The notes under the pieces: generated by a model
Database searches by the model: none
What the model saw: only the letters and a program-made list of their open reading frames with translations
Told to the model about the DNA's origin: nothing
Source of the DNA: Acidimicrobiia bacterium
Lineage (GTDB): Bacteria > Actinomycetota > Acidimicrobiia > Spongiisociales > JAHEDJ01
Assembly (NCBI GenBank): GCA_029210695.1
Contig: JARGFH010000005.1
Span: 48,834 to 112,833, forward strand
Reading direction: 5' to 3'
Length of the DNA: 64,000 nucleotides
Shown here: positions 60,503 to 64,000 of the stretch, one piece after another
Layout: each line of letters opens with the position of its first letter
Numbering within the stretch: position 1 is the stretch's first letter
Program-made: the position numbers and the translations under genes

Positions 60503-61630
60503 ATGGACTACTACGCCGTCGATTTCGAATCGCCTTCCCGGCGCCCACCCGAACGATCGCACGGGTTCGGCCGGCTGTTGCTCGCCGCGATCCTCGGCGC
60601 CACCCTGACTCTCGGCGGCGCCTACGGTCTCGGGACGCTCTATATTCCCGATGAGCCGGTGGTAGCCGTCGAAAGGCCGGCAACCGCAGCGATGCCGGTG
60701 CTGGCGATCATGGACGGGGAGTTCTCGCCGGCTGAGGTTGCTGAATCCGTCGTTCCGGCCGTTGTCACCGTTGAGATCGAGGTCAATACGCCGAGCGGAG
60801 TTGTCGCCCAGGGATCCGGGTCGGGTGTGATCATCGACCAGGCCGGCTACATCGTTACCAACGATCACGTTGCAGGCAACGCCGCTTCGATCCGTGTCAT
60901 CCTCTCGGACGGCCGGATCTACGATGCCACCCTGGTCGGGACCGACCCTCTCACAGATCTGGCGGTGCTCCGCATCGAGGCCGGCGACCTGACGGCGGTT
61001 GAGTTCGGTTCAACCGATGGGATGCGGGTAGGTGAACCCGCCGTCGCCATCGGCAGCCCGCTCGGACTGCAGGGCGGGCCGTCGCTCACCGTTGGCGTCC
61101 TGTCGGCGTTCGGTCGTGAGGTGCAAACCTCAGCGACCACGATTCTCTACGGCATGCTGCAAACCGACGCTCCGATCACGCAAGGTTCCAGCGGTGGAGC
61201 GTTGGTAGACGATCAAGGCCGCCTCATCGGAATCACCACGGCGGTCGGAGTGAGCTCGGTCGGCATCGAAGGGATAGGATTCGCCACGCCGATCGAAGTC
61301 GTGCAGCGGATCGTCGCCGACCTCCTCGATGACGGCGTCGTCGCCAACGGGCTACTCGGCATCAACGGAGTGACGGACTTCGTCGACACCAGCGATGGCG
61401 GGTCTCGCCCGACGGGTGTCCGGGTTGAGGCGATCGAGCCCGGGTCGGGTGCCAGCGCGGCGGGTCTTCAGCTCGGTGATGTGATCACAGCTGTCGAAGG
61501 CGTCAATATCGACACGATGGACGAGTTGATCTCTGCACTTCGACGCCGGGGCGCCGGTGACGCGGTGATGCTAGAAATCCAGCGCGGCGGGGCCGTGGTG
61601 GAAGTGACCGCCACCCTCGGCACGCTCTGA
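60503..61630 (+). CDS. HtrA/S1C serine protease with TM anchor and PDZ domain
   Basis: VTNDHV, TDLAVL, QTDAPITQGSSGGAL, C-terminal PDZ (GLQLGDVITAV). Confidence 0.92.
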   Translation: MDYYAVDFESPSRRPPERSHGFGRLLLAAILGATLTLGGAYGLGTLYIPDEPVVAVERPATAAMPVLAIMDGEFSPAEVAESVVPAVVTVEIEVNTPSGVVAQGSGSGVIIDQAGYIVTNDHVAGNAASIRVILSDGRIYDATLVGTDPLTDLAVLRIEAGDLTAVEFGSTDGMRVGEPAVAIGSPLGLQGGPSLTVGVLSAFGREVQTSATTILYGMLQTDAPITQGSSGGALVDDQGRLIGITTAVGVSSVGIEGIGFATPIEVVQRIVADLLDDGVVANGLLGINGVTDFVDTSDGGSRPTGVRVEAIEPGSGASAAGLQLGDVITAVEGVNIDTMDELISALRRRGAGDAVMLEIQRGGAVVEVTATLGTL

Positions 61631-61695
61631 AAGCTTCCGTCTTCGCAGCCGTGTTGGTTCGCTAGAGCTCCGAACTCGCGCAAGAACTTTGTGGC

Positions 61696-63516
61696 TCACA
61701 TGAAGCCTGCGTCGGCGGCCCGCTGGTCGAGTTTCTCCATCACTCGTTCCTGAAGGTCCTTGAAGAACTCAGGTGTGTTGAAGTAGGGGAGGGTGCTCGA
61801 CTTGAGAGTCCCGTGGGCAGCAGCCGGAAGGACGTAGTCTTCCTTTCCATACCCACGTGTCCGTTCGTTGGCGTAGCCGCGCACGAAAGTTCGATCGACC
61901 ACCGCTTCGAGGTTCTCCGCGGTCACGTCTAATCCGGAAGCAAGACGCAGCGCCTCAGCATGCACCTCGTAGCTGACTCCGGCGAACTTACAGAGCCCGT
62001 CGAAGTCTGAGAGGATGGTTTGTGGCCCACGCCTGGTAATGGCGTCTACCCAGTAATCGACGCCAGTTTCTCTCTCGACGTTGAGGAGGAGGAAGGTTCT
62101 CATCGACATATGACCACCGGCCAGTGCCCACGGGTAGCCGGGATTCGAGTGTGGCATGTAGGCGGGGTATTCAACACCTTTTGACTGCATGGCGAAGCTT
62201 GAATCGCCCATCCGGGCGGCCAGACGCAACGACCCCTGCCCAAGTTCCGGAAGCCTGCCTTCCCCGATGGCGGTGATCGCGCCGAGAATGTCGTGGAAGT
62301 CTCCATAGGACAATCCGCCGGCGATTGGATCCGTTGGATGTCTGCGGTTCCATTCCATCGCGTACCCGAGCGTGACGCCAAGCGAAATCGAATCCATGCA
62401 AAACTCGTCACACAGGCGCACGATGTCGAGGGCCTGGTCGGGGTCGTAGATGCCGAGGTTGGTGGTTAGTAGAGCCAGGGGCTCGTAGTCGAGCTTGACT
62501 CGGAATTCGCCGGCTTCGCCGTCGGGTGTTTCGTCGTAGACGTTCTTGTGGCATTTGATGCCGCACAGGTAGCAGCTCTCCGACTTGACGACGTACGGAC
62601 CCTTCTCGAACGTCGGTCGCTGGAGCGCAATGGCCCGATCGTCGAGAGGAGGATTGAAATTCAGCTGAGGTAGGCCTCCAATATCGTGCTGCGTAGCCAT
62701 CATTCGCCAGGTGCCTATCTCGCGGAACATCCGGCTACCGTCACCAAGGTTGATCTCCCTGTTGACGTCTTTGAGTCCTCTGCCCGACGCTGCGGGATTG
62801 GGGCCGTCGACAACGATGGCCTGGAGATTCTTGGAGCCCATCACGCCTCCGAACCCTCCCCGGCCACAGAATCGCGGCTTCGAATCACCGCTTTTCAGTT
62901 GATTATCGGTCGATAAGGCGATAGAAGCGTATCGCACGTTGTTGTAGTTCTCGCCAGCCGGTCCGATCACCGCAAAATGCGCGTCCGGGTATCGCCTATG
63001 CAACTCCTGGATCTTCGGATTCACCTGCATGCCGACAAGAGCTTCGGCATCGAGAAACTCGATATCTGCTGGCCCGAGCGTTCCTGCCGCCGGATCAACG
63101 GCAACGGAAAAACTGATCATCGTTGGGTTGCTGCACCGTCCGGTGAACACGACCTCATCGATGTCAAGTCCACGCAGCTTCGTGCCGAGGTGGCCGCTCC
63201 CTGCGCTCCACATCAACCCCGGGGCCCCCACCTTGGAGGACTTGAGAGGGGAGTAGCCGTGGAAGTAGGTCCGGAGACCAGTCATCACTCGCGTGCCGGT
63301 CAGAAGCCCGAGGTTCATCACAAGGGGTGCAGAAGCCGCATAGGCGTCATCGATGACGGTGTCGTGCAGGAGCTTGGTTGCACGAGCTACTCCACCGAGA
63401 GCGTCCTCCAAGTCATCGCATGACACGCGCTCGAATCTCACTGACCGGTCGGTCAGGTCGATGTGGTATCGATTGAACTGAAGCTCGTTAGCAGGTTTCA
63501 ACGCGGTGTCTTCCAT
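61696..63516 (-). CDS. Aldehyde:ferredoxin oxidoreductase family (W/Mo-bis-pterin) protein
   Basis: YSPL, VIGPAGEN, GRGGFGGVMGSKNLQAI, CYLCGIKC, DSISLG, KGVE, GLCKF. Confidence 0.88.
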   Translation of the reverse strand: MEDTALKPANELQFNRYHIDLTDRSVRFERVSCDDLEDALGGVARATKLLHDTVIDDAYAASAPLVMNLGLLTGTRVMTGLRTYFHGYSPLKSSKVGAPGLMWSAGSGHLGTKLRGLDIDEVVFTGRCSNPTMISFSVAVDPAAGTLGPADIEFLDAEALVGMQVNPKIQELHRRYPDAHFAVIGPAGENYNNVRYASIALSTDNQLKSGDSKPRFCGRGGFGGVMGSKNLQAIVVDGPNPAASGRGLKDVNREINLGDGSRMFREIGTWRMMATQHDIGGLPQLNFNPPLDDRAIALQRPTFEKGPYVVKSESCYLCGIKCHKNVYDETPDGEAGEFRVKLDYEPLALLTTNLGIYDPDQALDIVRLCDEFCMDSISLGVTLGYAMEWNRRHPTDPIAGGLSYGDFHDILGAITAIGEGRLPELGQGSLRLAARMGDSSFAMQSKGVEYPAYMPHSNPGYPWALAGGHMSMRTFLLLNVERETGVDYWVDAITRRGPQTILSDFDGLCKFAGVSYEVHAEALRLASGLDVTAENLEAVVDRTFVRGYANERTRGYGKEDYVLPAAAHGTLKSSTLPYFNTPEFFKDLQERVMEKLDQRAADAGFM

Positions 63517-63534
63517 TTCTGCCTCTCTGCCGAA

Positions 63535-64000
63535 TCATCCGAACTCAATTTCGGTCGAGGTTGTGCCCGCTACAACGCGACTGTCCGCCAGGATCTGGCG
63601 TCGAGCAAGGTGGATCGTGGCGGCCCCTATGGCGGCCCAGAGCGCCGCTACTCTCCAACTGGTTGGGTATCCGAATGTGTCGGCTAGCCATCCGAAGGTT
63701 ATTGGTCCAACAAGGCCTCCAATCATTCCTCCCACCATGACAGTTGCGCTGGCTCGTCCGGGAGCTTCATCGTTGAGCCTCACAACAGCGAACCAGAACA
63801 CGCCGTTGAATCCCCAGCCGAGGCCGAACGCAATAAAGGTGCCGAGAATCAGCGCCCATACTGTGTCAAGGCTGAGGAGCAAAAAGCCGATGACTCCAGC
63901 GGCGATCATCCTCGATACAACCTGGAGATGACGACCTCCCCGTCGATCGGCGAGCGAACCGGCGGTCAAACGAACGGCGACCGCGCACAGGCTTCCAGCT
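63535..64000 (-). CDS. MFS transporter, 3' part (runs off window edge)
   Basis: Frame open to window end; GSLADRRGG, GPITFGWLADTFGY; hydrophobic helices. Confidence 0.8.
   Translation of the reverse strand, partial: AGSLCAVAVRLTAGSLADRRGGRHLQVVSRMIAAGVIGFLLLSLDTVWALILGTFIAFGLGWGFNGVFWFAVVRLNDEAPGRASATVMVGGMIGGLVGPITFGWLADTFGYPTSWRVAALWAAIGAATIHLARRQILADSRVVAGTTSTEIEFG

Noticed and set aside
60503-61630. HtrA active-site variant TQGSSGG instead of NPGNSGG
   Set aside because: His, Asp and Ser triad are all present; within normal family variation

Overview
High-GC (roughly 65% by spot counts) bacterial chromosome segment, most likely an actinobacterium of Acidimicrobiia type. This is inferred from a mycothiol-type deacetylase, F420-dependent enzymes, Ni-SOD, septum-formation lipoproteins and many Thr-stalked lipoproteins. 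From start to end it holds: the distal F1Fo ATP synthase operon (atpE'FHAGDC); a maltodextrin module (malEFG, a lipid-anchored GH57 amylopullulanase and a convergent GH13); assorted housekeeping genes (mca-like, ABC-F, alkD-like); korAB; an amidase and lipoproteins; divergent sodX/sodN; two ABC-2 exporters; a MocR-regulated omega-aminotransferase/mmsA pair with surE; metG; arsR-arsM; an orphan HTH/coiled-coil protein; a complete sugar-phosphate-utilisation (RpiB+DeoC+AldDH) bacterial microcompartment operon ending in a coupled pyrophosphatase; MFS, ybdK, alkA-like, pgl, acyl-CoA ligase and htrA genes; and a slightly lower-GC tungsten-type aldehyde:ferredoxin oxidoreductase. Intergenic DNA carries two families of ~50-bp REP-like palindromes, three families of heptamer tandem repeats (one translated in frame inside a protein) and a 125-nt multi-branched structured-RNA candidate. 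I found no rRNA, tRNA, CRISPR array, transposase or integrase. All calls come from motif recognition by eye; no database search was run, and many starts were re-picked from the ORF track.
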